Assembly: GCA_026708015.1 (NCBI GenBank)
Contig: JAPOVT010000065.1
Location: 5,345 to 69,344, forward strand
DNA: 64,000 nucleotides
Direction of reading: 5' to 3'
From: a bacterium
GTDB taxonomy: Bacteria; Actinomycetota; Acidimicrobiia; Acidimicrobiales; Bin134
Shown here: positions 63,837 through 64,000 of the stretch, piece after piece
How the letters are laid out: each line of letters opens with the position of its first letter
Numbering within the stretch: position 1 is the stretch's first letter
The notes under the pieces: generated by a model
What the model saw: the letters and a program-made list of their open reading frames with translations, nothing else
Database searches by the model: none
What the model was told of the DNA's origin: nothing
Made by a program: the position numbers and the translations under genes

Positions 63837-64000
63837 TCATTGCACACCAACCAGGGTGTGCTGAGCAGGGGCTGCGCCGACCTCAAGTGGCTCCAAGTGG
63901 GCGCCATCCTGCTCAATCCATTGACGAGTGCGCCGAATCAGCACCGGTCGATGCACCGGTTCTTGAGCGGCCAAAAGCTCCGACGGGCGTGCTGCCCGCG
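63837..64000 (-). CDS. 3' end of a probable radical SAM-associated (DUF2344-type) protein, cut by the window edge
   Basis: Open frame RAARPSELLAA..IRRTRQWIEQDG..EPL..VQ*; usual position upstream of rne in actinobacteria. Confidence 0.55.
   Translation of the reverse strand, partial: RAARPSELLAAQEPVHRPVLIRRTRQWIEQDGAHLEPLEVGAAPAQHTLVGVQ

Noticed and set aside
63818..63840. Relay mini-ORF before rne
   Set aside because: The ATG overlapping the upstream stop is not in frame with a stop at the rne start, and an AAGGA SD is present. A counter-example to the relay pattern.

Overview
High-GC actinobacterial DNA, most likely class Acidimicrobiia (inferred from gene content, gene order and F420/P450/sulfotransferase genes). 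The backbone is the conserved minus-strand actinobacterial run rne-rplU-rpmA-obgE-proB-(murJ)-proA-MoxR/VWA ... nadD-rsfS ... leuS ... comEA-comEC-holA/rpsT-lepA-hrcA-dnaJ-rsmE. Accessory blocks interrupt it: a LarA-like/acyltransferase pair, an aconitase-LysR-carboxyltransferase-citrate synthase cluster, a tRNA-Ala islet (RHH/PemK toxin-antitoxin plus aspartic protease), and an ~18 kb mostly plus-strand block. That block holds a sigma factor, DAHP synthase, sir-cysH, SDR/ligase/sulfotransferase/P450 genes and a defence islet (unusual TA pair, McrBC with a very long multi-module N-terminus, PLD-type nuclease, DUF222-HNH). The least expected signal is intergenic: several operon spacers are bridged by tiny ORFs that overlap the upstream stop and/or the downstream start (ATGA/GTGA), often built from diverged duplications of the gene junction, including a chain of four mini-ORFs leading to rsfS. 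Many genes look leaderless (TANNNT 6-9 nt before the start codon). No CRISPR array, rRNA, integrase or transposase was seen. All product calls come from motif recognition, not database searches.
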